Assembly: GCF_000315625.1 (NCBI RefSeq)
Contig: NW_005434633.1
Span: forward strand, 1 to 64,000
DNA length: 64,000 nucleotides
Direction: 5' to 3'
DNA from: Guillardia theta CCMP2712
Lineage: Eukaryota; Protista; Cryptophyta
Made by a program: the position numbers and the translations under genes. Of this stretch, positions 1-11,700 are shown in pieces. A model generated the notes under the pieces. It saw nothing but the letters and a program-made list of their open reading frames with translations, was not told where the DNA came from and did no database searches. Positions within the stretch are counted from its first letter, which is position 1, and the number at the start of each line of letters is the position of its first letter.

Positions 1-611
1 GATTCTCTCTCTCTCTCTCTCCCACCCCCTACTCTCCTTCTCTCCTCCTCTCCTTCCCTTCTCTTCCTCCATTCCAATAACCTGGTTCTTTGTCCAGTTT
101 ACCCGACAACCCCCACCCCCACCCCCATCTTGAGCCGCTCCCTGAAAAATTCCCCACCCCTACCGTAGCAATTCGCAGATATGATATTTCACCCCTAAAA
201 ATGACTATCAAAGTACCCGTACAAAGAACCATGATAGTCTTTTATAGTACCCCTACCCAGCAAATGGACCCACCCCCAAACTAAAGGTTTGTCCCCTCCA
301 GCTCTATGCAGACGCAAGGCATAGAGTGAAAATCGCTGGCTCCTCCTCCTCCTCCTCCTCCTCCCTCCCTCCCTCCCTCCCTCCCTCCCTCCTTCTCTTC
401 AACATCAAACTCTCCTCTCCTTGTTATCTATCTGTGAATACTCCAAGATTCGTCTGTGACCTCGACGTCCGTGCTGTATTCTAGTGTTGGCTGATGTTTG
501 CTCATGCCATGGCTCTCCTCCCTCCTTCCTCCTCCTCCTCCTTCATCTCCCTGATCCTATCTGCATCTACCTGATCGCTCTCTGACTACATCCCTTGCCC
601 CTTCTCTGATC

Positions 612-3600
612 ATGAAGGCTTGCGCGCCCTTCATATCCGCCCTCTGCCTCCTCCTAATCCAAGGAGTAAACTGCGGCTTTTGCCCTGCAACATCCTGTCT
701 GCGCACGGGAGCGTCGGGCCAGTGTCTCCTTCCCAACATCTCCTCCTCTTTCTGCCCAGCAAGCGAGTGGTCACCATACATCACGTCCTACCCTCCTTCA
801 TGGTGGACAAAGTCGAACATCAGTTCCATGAACGCTACCCCTGCGCTGGGGTATATCAAGGAGTACGCGCCATGCTGCCGCCATTGCGTGTGGAGCCTCG
901 GGTATCCCCTTGCAGTCCCCTTGGTCATCGTCATCTCCCCCAACCAAGACCTCTGCGCAGCGGAAGTCTCCAAATTCAGCCTCTGCTACCTCGACTGCAC
1001 AAAGTGGGCAGGTGACCTGTCGGTTCTCGACACAGACGGCAACGGGCGGCTGAGCTACCAGGAGTTTCTCCCCTACTTCACCGACTACCTCGTTGCTCCC
1101 TCCCAGAACTATCAGCTCTACACTGGAGGCAGGATGACGTTCGACGTCCAGTTCTCGCGCTTGAACCCGTTCTATGTGTTTGCCTTCATCGATTTCAACA
1201 ACGACTTCATGGTTTCCATGCAAGAGTGGGACATCTTCCGCCACTTCTGGACTCCTGTCCTGGTCTCTGGAGCAGGCCCCAGCCTCGTCCCCTCCGACGG
1301 CAGGTCGCTTGCTCAAGGGCCGTTCGGAGGGTTCTTCATGGACGAGGCCCTGTATGCGATTTGGAGCACGAATGCCATCAACCTGATGCTGGAGTACTAC
1401 GTCAACCACAGGAAGCAAGGCTTCCGCTCCTACGACGTGAGGGAGCCGGAGAGCGTCGAGAAGATGAGCAGCATGAGCAGCAGGGACCTGGACGGGTCGG
1501 GGAGGGTGTCCATGGAGGAGCATTACTTCTATCATTTCTCGGACAAGAACGGAGACGGGGTGCTGTCACCTGAAGAGTTCTACTCCTCCCTCTACAGGAC
1601 TGACTGCAAACCACTCTGTCCTGTCGTCGGATGCAACTGCTCTGAGTGCCCTGCCAGCGGGGTCGTGGCTGCCGACTGCCCGCCGTCGCCGCAGGGGGAC
1701 GTGGATGGGACGGATCTGAAGAGGAATTTCAATCTGCACGATATGGATAAGAACGGCGTCATCTCTTTCCTCGAGCGTAAGTTCGTCGCTGCCGACCTCA
1801 ACATGGACAGGATGATCGACTCAGAGGAGTGGAGGATCGCGGACTACCCGGAGGACTACGGGCCGTTCCTCGGTCACTGCGTCGTGGAGGGCAGTCGTTG
1901 CGTGATCAACTCGGCGACTTACAACTTCTACATGTCCTTTCACTACTGTGCGTCCCGGGGCTCCAAGACGTACAAGCGTCTTCTCTCGCAGTATCCATGG
2001 TCCTCTTCCTGCCTGCTCAAGGTGGAGGTCGAGCGGCTGCCGCCGTTCGTAGACGTCATCCAGTTCAACACAAGCGATCAGAAGGCGAAGCTGGAGTCGG
2101 AGGGCTGGCTCTGCTGGGATCCTGACCCAGCCGTCTCTAACGACAGCCTGTGCTTCACGGGATATGCCGTGCAGATGTTCCATGCTGCAGCTGAGCGACT
2201 GCTGTGGACGTACAGGTTCGTGCTGTCCCCCAGCTCGCTCACTGTTGCCCAACTCCGTCCTCCGGTGGTGGAGGGCGTCGGGGCAGGGAACGCAGAGTTC
2301 AAGCTTGCGCTGTTCAGCTCCTACAAGATGCCTTGGCGACCTCCCCAGTACAACACGAGCGACTTCTTCTGCTCCTCGACACTCTGGAAGCAGGTGCGCT
2401 AGAGGAGGAGGGAGGGGGCAGGGCTGACTTCGAGTGCAGGACGGTCTGGTGGTGGTGAAGAGGTCGGACGAGAAGGTAGTGTCGATAGAGTTTGCGATCC
2501 TCATGCTCCTCATCTCTCCTTCCTTCATCAACTTCATCGTCTTCTGCTACTTCGTCATGCTCGTCGTCGGGCACATCTTCTGGTGGGTGGAACGACGCCA
2601 GAACCCAGACCTCTTCAACAAGTCGTACGTGTACGGAGTGATGGACGGACTCTGGTTCTCCATCGTCACAGTCACCAGTGTGGGCTACGGCGACAAGGCA
2701 CCCAGGACGGGGCTGGGGAAGAACTTGACCGTGATCTGGATGTTCCTCGGAATGTTGTGCTACGGAGTCTTCAGCAGCGGCGTCTCTGAGCAGATCAACG
2801 TGGCAGCGAAGGAGAACAGCATCAAGAGCGTCTACGACCTCTCAACCTTCCAAGTCGGGGTCCTGGAGAGCATGTCGGAGCCGCTGGTGAAGGGTATCGA
2901 CCTTGGGTTGGACTACAGCTTCACCACAATCAAGTGCAAGGACCTGGCGGAATGTGAGAAATTCCTGCTGACGGATCAGACTATCAGTGCGTTCGTGGCT
3001 GCCCACAGCGATGTCATCGCATACTTCCAGTCCAGGGGCCTCAACGACCAGATGTGCGGGAACCCCATGAGGATCGTAGGAAGCAACTTCTCCTCCATCT
3101 CCTCCTCGCGCTGGACCAGCGACCTCATCAAGGCCTGCAGCTACTCCAACAGCGTCTATGCGGCCCACTACCTCGCCGATGCCCTCTCAGCAACCATGCA
3201 GGAGCTCTTCGACGACGGGACTTCCAGCCTTCTCGCCACCAAGTTCCTCACCCAAGACCAGCCCCTGCTCAACGCGGATGGCTGCAGCTCCGGCACTCGC
3301 TTCCAAGTCAAGCTCATCATCGCCACCATCGTCGCCCTGGTCGTCTACTTCGCGCTCATCGTTGCGGTCGGGATCAGACGCAAGGCGGAGCAGAACAAGA
3401 GGATCAGAGAGTTGCTCGAGCAAGCGATCGCCCGTAGACGAGGAGACCATGACGTGGACGCGAACGCGGCGGCGCTCAAGTATGGGAAGCGATGGGTCAA
3501 CAAAGTGCGAGAGAAGAAGAGGATGGTGAAGGAGGAGAAGCGACAGGAACTGATCAAGCAGTGCATGCACGATCAGATTATCAGCATCATCAAGCAGCTT

Positions 3601-4234
3601 CGAAATGAGGTTCGCCATTCCTCCCTCCCTCCTCCCTCCCCCCTTCCCTCTTGTTCCTCCTCCTCGTCATCGTCGTCATCCTCCTCGTCCCCATGCTGTC
3701 CTGAGGTCAACCAGTGATTCTCTGTCGCAGCTTCACCTGCAGATCGCTCTCACTGACTGCATCTACTGCAACTTCAAGCGCGTCCACACGTTTGTCTCCA
3801 GGTGCCATGCTGCGCCTTCGACCTCCTCCCTCTCTTTCTCTCCTGCTCCTCCTCCTCCTCCCTCCCCTCACTTGTTTCCCTCCTCCTCCTCCCTCCCCTC
3901 TCTTGTTTCCCTGCCCTTCTCCTCTCCGCATCGCTCTCCTCATCTGTCCGCAGGATCACTTCCATCTATCGCATCACCGTTGGAACTCTGGGAGCAATTC
4001 TCTTCGTCCTCACTGTTGTAAGTTTTGCCTCAACATGCTCCATCCCGTCCTCCTTCCCTCTCGCTTTCTTTTTCTCTCAACTCCTCCCTTCTATCCTCGC
4101 TCTCCCCTCCCCTCCCCTCCTTCCCCTCTCCCTCCCCTTCCTTTGTTGTTCTCTCCCTTATCTCTCTATCTCTCATGTTGTTGCAGGCGCTCCTCGTCCT
4201 CTGGAGCAAGACGGTTACCCTCAAGCATGTCTGA
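612..4234 (+). CDS. Ionotropic glutamate receptor-like channel with K+ selectivity filter and N-terminal six-EF-hand ectodomain (5 exons: 612-2393, 2440-3609, 3731-3801, 3954-4017, 4187-4234)
   Basis: Signal peptide MKACAPFISALCLLLIQGVNC. EF-hand loops DTDGNGRLSYQE, DFNNDFMVSMQE, DLDGSGRVSMEE, DKNGDGVLSPEE, DMDKNGVISFLE, DLNMDRMIDSEE. S1-like ERLPPFV...GYAVQMF...YRFV. M1, pore LWFSIVTVTSVGYGDKAPRT, M3, S2 IKSVYDL...VGV, M4. GT-AG phase-0 intron 2394-2439 joins the 596-aa and 427-aa ORFs in frame. Confidence 0.88.
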
Positions 4235-4291
4235 ACTTTGTTTGATTTAATTGAAAATTCAAATTGGCGAGCTAAAACCGCCACACGCTTC

Positions 4292-5735
4292 CTATCTTAC
4301 AGGACCGAAGGAGGGCGACACCATCGGCGATGCTGGCGACAAGCTCGGCGTGTCCATCTGACGAGACAGAACGTTTCCTTGCGAGTCCTCCCAAATCGTC
4401 TGCATACAAATTGAGGAGGAGAGGAGGGAGACAGCAGAAGGAGGGAGGGAGGAAGGAGGAAGACAGCAGGAGGAGTGAGGAAGAAGCAGCATTGGAATCT
4501 GCAGCTTGTCACCTTGACATTGGGCACGAGCTCAAGTGCGATGAACCAGGCGCGAACCTCGTTGAGAGTGTCGGCGCTCACCCGGTAGGTTCGGCTCTTG
4601 GACACTTCAGGGGAAGTCTGGGAGCAAGTCAGGGGAGGAGGAGGAGGAGGAGGAGGAGGAGGAGGAGGAGGAGGGGGAGGGGGGGGAGGTTGAAAATGAA
4701 GGCAAGGGAGCTCGAGGGCAGGAGAACAAGGCGGTGGGAAGAGAAGAGGAGAGGTGGAGAGAGGGGATGGTAAGAGGAAGGGGAGTGCAGTGGAAGAGGT
4801 GATGGGTGGGGAGCAGGTACAACCTTGACGGCGAAGACAGTGCCGGTAACGACCTTCACTTCAGCCCCGTTGAGGTTGATCTTCTCGATCCACCGGCCCA
4901 GGATCGCGTCCTCCTTGCTCTCCGCGTTCTGCAGCATGTAGGCGAAGTCCCCGTGCCCCGTCCCTTCCTTGTCATTGAGGAGCGGCACAATAGCATAGTA
5001 CTTGGGGAACCATTCCTTCTTCTTGGTATCCAGCAGGTGGAGAGTCCCCTCCTGCAACGCCCCCGGTACACGGTCCCCCAGCCGCTTCCTCTCTGCCGAG
5101 CCCGGCAGCCCCCCCGACGCCTCGCGCACCATCCCCGTCCCCTGCTCCTTCCCCTCCAGGTAGGTCGCCAGCGCCAGCGCCCCGTTGCTCCGAGCGATCT
5201 GCAACGCTGTCTCCCTGCGCTGTTGACGGCCCTCGGGTCGCATCCATGCAGGAGGAGAAGCTCGACCAGCCTCGGCCAGTCCTCGTGCATCCCTTCCTCC
5301 GACGAGCACGTCGACAAGAAGTGAAGCACGTCGTCCCCGAAGGCCGTCTTCGCCGTCACCAGCAGGCTCGCCTGCTCCTTCGCAGCGTCCAGCAGCATCT
5401 TGAGGATGGTAGCATACTCTCCCCCTTCCTCTCGCCCAGCCACCGTCACATGCAGCGAGTTCAGCCCCTGCCCGTCAGTGGCAGCGGGAGAAGCGCCTGC
5501 GTCCAGAAGGCACCGGACGATGTCCGAGCGGCCGAGGGAGCAGGAGATCATGAGGACGGTGAAATTGTCCTGATTTCTCTCGTCCAGATCTGCTCCCTCC
5601 GCAATCGCCTTCTTCATCACCTGCTTCCAGTCAGCACGACCCGCAGCGACAGCAATAGAAGAAGAAAAGTAGGACAGGAGGGAGAAGAGAAGCAGCAGCA
5701 GGAGAGGAGGAGGAGGAGGAGAGAAAGAGAAACAG

Positions 5736-5788
<53 letters not shown>

Positions 5789-8700
5789 ACAGCAGCAGCT
5801 CACCTCCACATCCCCAGCCTCCAGCGCATTGTGCAAGCTCGGCCTATTTCCCTTCGGTGGGGAGGCAGGAGGAGCTCCTGTTGGAGCAGCCGCAGCTGCC
5901 GGAGGCGAAGGAGGAAGAGGAGCAGCCGCCGATGGCGGAGATGCAGAAAGAGGAGCGGGAGGGAGGGGAGCCGACTCGACAACTGGATGCTGATGATGCG
6001 GAGGAGGGGATTGCGCCGAAGTCGCCGTGTGCGTGCTTTGCTGCACCTCCTCCTCCTCCCCGTACGTGACTTGACCCTCCAAGATCTGGTCGTAGTGAGT
6101 GATGAACAAGGTCAGCATGCGCTGGGCTGGCTCCAGGTGGGTGTTGGTCAGGAACGGCGTCATCCTATGGGCCAGCCAGGTAGCGTCGTACGCGCCGCCA
6201 CAGTAGCCCTGGATGAGGGAGAGAAGCCAGGCGACCTGAACGAAGAGCTCCAGGTACTCTCCCTCCTCCGTCAACAGGTTCTGCACCGCATCCGACAGGC
6301 TCTTGATCCTACCCTGCAGTGTCACTCCTCCTGCCGCGCCCTCGGACTGCGACAAGAATTCGGGGGAGATGAGCGGGCGAGGCAGACCGCGGAGGAGCCT
6401 GGCGAGGATGTGGACAAGCATGGAGGGCTCCCCCACGAGCGACGCGACGTCCTCCACCTCCCTCCTGCAGCAGAGCTCCAGCACCTCCCTGATCTTGTTT
6501 GCCTTGTGCGCCTCCAGTCTGCCCTCCATGTCCTTCATCACGGTGCTGCGCCACGTCAGCACCTGAGAAGTCAGCTGGACTCCGCCCTCGGCGTCCAGCT
6601 GCAGCTTCTCGTGGACCGCAGCGATGCACGAGCGGATGAGGTCGAACGAGTAGCTCTCCTCGAGTCTCCGCAGCTGCTGCACCATCTCCTCCTCCCTCTC
6701 ATCCAACACAGCACCACTCTGCGCTGCTGATGCACTCTTTCCTACAACGGTGCGAACAGAGGCTGGAGCAGGAGCAGGAGCTGGAACAGGGGTGAATGCA
6801 GAGCCAGACGCGGGGGAGTGAGCAACAGCTGGAGCTGCAGCTGGGGTGATCCCCACAGCAGGATCTTGAGCCCTAGAGCTATGTAGCGACATCATCGGAG
6901 TAGCATTGGAGGACACACGTTGCTCGATCTCCTCTTGCTCCTGCCGGCTCCACTGCGCTCCGACGCCTGCCATGATGGACTTGAACTCGCTTCCCATGGC
7001 CAGCAGGTCGACGGGGGAGCCGTCCTCGACCACCCTGCGCTGCTTCATCACCACGACGCGGTCAAACTGGGAGCAGCGCATAGGAGTTGAGCTGAGGTGA
7101 AGCACGGTAACGTTCCTCTGCCCGTCGAAGAGCGAGTCCAGTCGGTTCAGCTCCTCCATGGACAGCACGCAAGTCGCCTCCTCCAGCACCAGGACCTGTG
7201 GGCGGCGCAGGAGGACCCGAGCCAGGCCCATCAGGAAGCGCTGGCGGGAGTCGGAGGCCGTGAGATCGTTGTTGACGAAGCTGGGAGGCAGCTGCTGGTG
7301 CTCGCGGGGGACGACGCCGACGAACTTGAGGAGGGTGAGCAGGTTGTGCTGCCCGTCCTGGGTGCTCATCATCTCCTCCGTGGGGTCCACGTTGAAGGTC
7401 AGTGAGCCCTTGAACAGCAGCGGCTCCCTTGGCACCAGCCCTACGTGCTTCCGCACGGCCTCGATCGTGACTGAGATGCTGTCCGCTCCTCCGAGGAACA
7501 GAGACCCCTGGATGATGGGCGACGTCTTGAGCAGGCAGCGGGCAAGGGCCTTGAGGTCTTCGGACCTGCGGGAGAGGACGAGGGCGCGGCTGCCGGCCCG
7601 CACGTCCAGCGTCATGCCATCCAGCTCCTTCATGCCGTACTCGTCGATCGTCGTGACGTCCTGGAACAGGATGGAGCCAGCCTCTTGGGTGCTCCAGGAC
7701 TGCGGGAGGACTTGAAGGGCTCGGGAGAGCGGCTTCTCCTCGAGAGGGAAGAACTCGTCTGCCTCCAAGACCCGCCGGATGAAAAGGTGGAAGACAACGG
7801 CCGACTCGAGGAAGCAGAAAGTCATCCAGGGCACGTAGAGGACCAGCTGGACTGCAGACGCCAGCACGAGCCCAGCAAGAGAAAAGCCGTTGATGTCAGT
7901 CAGCGCCCCCATCTGCTTCAAGAGCAGGAGGACGATCAGGGCAGCGGAGAGGAGGAGGCAGCCGAACAAGCCGGAGCACAAGACAGTCCAGGACTGCAGG
8001 CATGCGGCAGCCTTCCTGCTGCTGGTGTACTTGTCAAGAGCGTCCTGCATCGAGAGCAGGGCCGAGCGGTGGCTTCGGCTGAGAGTGATCTGCGTGAGAG
8101 AATCTGCTGTGGAAGAGCACAAGGCCTCCAGATGTGTCCGATACTCCGTGGCTGCCGTGCAGACAGCGCGAAGTCCGTTCATGCCCCTCGTCGTGTTCCA
8201 GATCCATCCGCATGCGCTGATGAGAGGAGCGAAGAAGAAGAGGAAGACGAGCTTCGAGTCTCCCCATGAGGTGGCCTGAGCATGGCCCGTGAAGGAGCAG
8301 ATGGCGTAGGTGAGGAGGACGAGGGAGGAGAGGACGGATAGCATGGAGTGGAAGCTGTGGATCAGGAAGAAGGGGTACTCCTCCACTGATTCTTGAACGT
8401 TCCTGCACGTGAGTTGGAACGTCAGGACTTGCACGACGGCCTTGAGCTCCGTCGGGCCCTTTTGAAACCAACCCAGGAACCTGTTCTGCAAGCGAACGCT
8501 CGCGCTGCTCGCTACCAGGACGAACCAGATCATGTCGCCGGCGAAGAGAAGGATGTACGCAAAGCCGGAGCAAGCAATGAGCACGATAGCGATGTTTTCG
8601 GGCTTTGTGTTGAGAATGTTCAGCCCGCTGAAGTTGATGTCCATGTGCAGGAGGATCCAGTTCTGCAGACCGCACAGCAAGTGGCCAGCGAGGGAGACGA

Positions 8701-11700
8701 GGAAGAAGATGAAAAGAGAGATGTACTCCTGAGACAGCCAGCAGTAGACGGCCCACAGCCACTGAGACCCTGACTCGCTTATCACCAGCGGAGGATGCAG
8801 TACCCCAACGTCAGGAACCAACCAAGACGGAGTGCAAGCCATGTCGGCCAGGTCGACGATGTCAAGCCGCTGCTTCTCCTGCAACTCGTCCGCCCTCATG
8901 CGCAGCTCGGCAAGCGAGGCAAGCGCCTCGACGCTGCTGATGGTGTCCAGTCCCTGCTTGCTGGCCGAGACCAGGAGGAAGGAGTTACAGTGAGCCAGGT
9001 AGGGAGAGGACAGGCTCAGGGACACAACCACTGTCTTGGCCTTCAACTGCCCGAGAATGCAGCTGTGCCACACAAGGTCGCGAGTCTGATCGTCGAGCCT
9101 CTCCAGGATCTCGTCGAAGATGTACACGTCAGCATCCTTGTACACGGCACGCGCCAGCGCGATGCAGCTCGCAAACGTCTCGTCGAGAGCGACCGACGTG
9201 CTCTTGCCTATCACCGTCTCATCCCCCATCGGCAGCATCTGCAGGAAGCGAACGAGACCCGAGCAGGTCACGGCCTTGGTGTACATGTTGTGGTCCAACG
9301 GGAGCCCGAAGAGAACATTCTGCTTGATCGAGCCGGCCAGCAGCTGCGGCTGTCTGCCGCAGAAGATCACTTCCCCATACACGTGCATGTATCCGGTCTG
9401 CCCGTGCCGCGGCATCCACCCGACCATGGCACTGAGCACACTCGACTTGCCGCTCTTGGTGGTACCGGAGACTCCGACGAGGTGTCCTCGGCGAATGTCA
9501 AAGTTGATGGTGTCGGTCATGCAGCCGAGGTAGAAGTTGTGGTCTATGGAGCTCTTGTTGGGCCAGAAGAACATGCTCTGCTTGGCGCTGACTGCGAGGT
9601 CCTCCTGCCCCTTGTTCTTGTGGTCGTCTGCCTTAGGCCTCCCCTCGTGGTTGAGAAACTGAACTATGCGCGAGAGCGAGTTTTGGTAGTTGTGAGACGA
9701 TCGGGAGATGCTCGAGTAGACGTAGAGCGGTACTTGCATGCAGGCTGAGATACACAGGACCATGAAGACCTCGAAGTTTGACACCGACCGTTTCTCAGCG
9801 TACACTATGAAGAGCATCGACGTAGAGGTGACGAAGGCCGCGACGACAGGGAGGAAAGACGAGAAGAGAAACTCGATCGCGCTAGTGACGGAAGAGGAGA
9901 AGATGTCGTTTTCGATGTACGAGGTCAAGTTGGCGATGAACACGTTCTGCAGCTGTAGGACCTTGGCATCCATCCAGTCCTTGAGCACTCCCAGCATCTC
10001 GACAAGCCTGGGGGTCCTCAGCAAGTCCCTCTGCTGCTGCTTCCTGCTGTTGACGAGCAAGATCGAGAGCAAGTGGGCGAGCATGAGCAACGCAAGGGCC
10101 GCCAACCCGCCGATCGCTCCCACCTCTACCTCACGGGCAATCAGCGCTATGGCGATGGCGCAGATAATGATTGAGGCCTGAAGGAGGAAGCGAGCTCTGG
10201 TAGTGGCTGAAACAGTCGAGACGTCGTTGAGAAGCAGCTCAGCCAGGTTGCAGGCGTTAATCTTCTCGTGGTCTGACTGGCTGGCCCCGCAGAACTGCTT
10301 GGAGTGGAGGGCCTTGTTGTAGAGGAAGGACATGAGGCCGCTAGCAGCATCCGTCGACGAGTTGCTGACGCTGCACGAGTAGGAGTGAGCGACGAGGAGC
10401 TGCAGGATGAAGCACACAACACAGCCGACGAGGAGGAGAATCCCCTCCTCAAGGCCCCTCTTAGCCCGCGCCCCCTGGTTGAAGCAGAGCTCTGACGTCG
10501 ATCTGGACGCGAAAGCTTCGCAGTCGATCAACCACAGGTAGAACTCTCGGATGCACATCACGATGCCCACAAGCGTGAGCCCCATCCACAGGACCATCCG
10601 CGCTAAGACGCTCAAACTCCTTATGGTCCCTCCTGTCATGATGTACTTGACGTCCTCCTCCTCCACCTGTGCCCCTTGACTCGTCCTCCTGTTCCACAGG
10701 ATCTCGTGGACCCGCTCGTGAGCGACTGCCGAGCTGCTCCAGAAGTTGTTCCTCGACATGCACTCCTGCAACGACGCGCTGCCTCCCCTCAGCGAGCTGA
10801 GCGCGGCTCCAACCCACGTCCACGTCCACATGTCCATCCCCAACGAGTAGTCCACCTTCATGCTGGGCAGGAAGCTGGTGAATCTCTCAGAGGCCTTGAC
10901 GCTCCTGACCACCACATCGTCCAGCTGATCGACTCCCTCAGTGAAGATCCGACGGGGGGGGATGTCGTCTTGCAGCTGAGCAGAGGGAGAATGCACTGGC
11001 GCTGCCTGCCCCGCCCGCTCCACTTCCTCCACCTGGTCCGCAGGCATAGCTCGAGCAGGAGCAGGAGGAAGCTCTTCACCCTGCTCTGCCTCGAACGCAT
11101 CCACCTTCAAGATCTTCACCACCTTCTTCATTGAGAAAGTCTGCCAGATGCTGCTGTTTGAATCTTCGAGCATGCCGATCAAGATGTCAGCAAGCTCCTC
11201 GCACCCAACGCTGCTTCCTCCCCCCGGCACGAGGTTCACGTGAGTGATGATGCTTCCCCGGTGAACAGAGATCACTTCCACCCGCTCGATGGGGATGAAG
11301 AGAAGCGACGCCAGATCGCTGCGCAGGAGAGTCTTGAAGGCGTTGTACTCGTCCAGAGAGGTGATGACGTCATCATACTCCTCTCCCAGCACCATCTCAA
11401 TGCCCACAGGCTTGTCTTCTTGCCTTTGATCGGCTTCTTTCTCCGGCATCTCATCAGGTTCCCCAGCAACCGGTGCGGAACCTTGCTCCTCCTCTTCCAC
11501 TCGAGAGGTGAACGGTGAGAGGACGGTGAACCTGCTCTGAGGGATCTGGTCGGGCATGTTTTCAGCGCTGGCGTGCTCAAAGGACATGTCCATATTGGAC
11601 TCGTCGAGTGCTGTCTTGCTCAAGACGCTCTCTTCCAGCACGTTCGACTCGGAATCCATCACGTCTGGGTTCAAGTTCTCACCAAGCACGTCCTCCTCCT

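Noticed and set aside
5690-5800. Poly-cysteine tract in the 2450-aa ORF as a metal-binding domain
   Set aside because: It lies in a GT-AG intron whose removal restores an ankyrin repeat; it is a CAG/CTG microsatellite.
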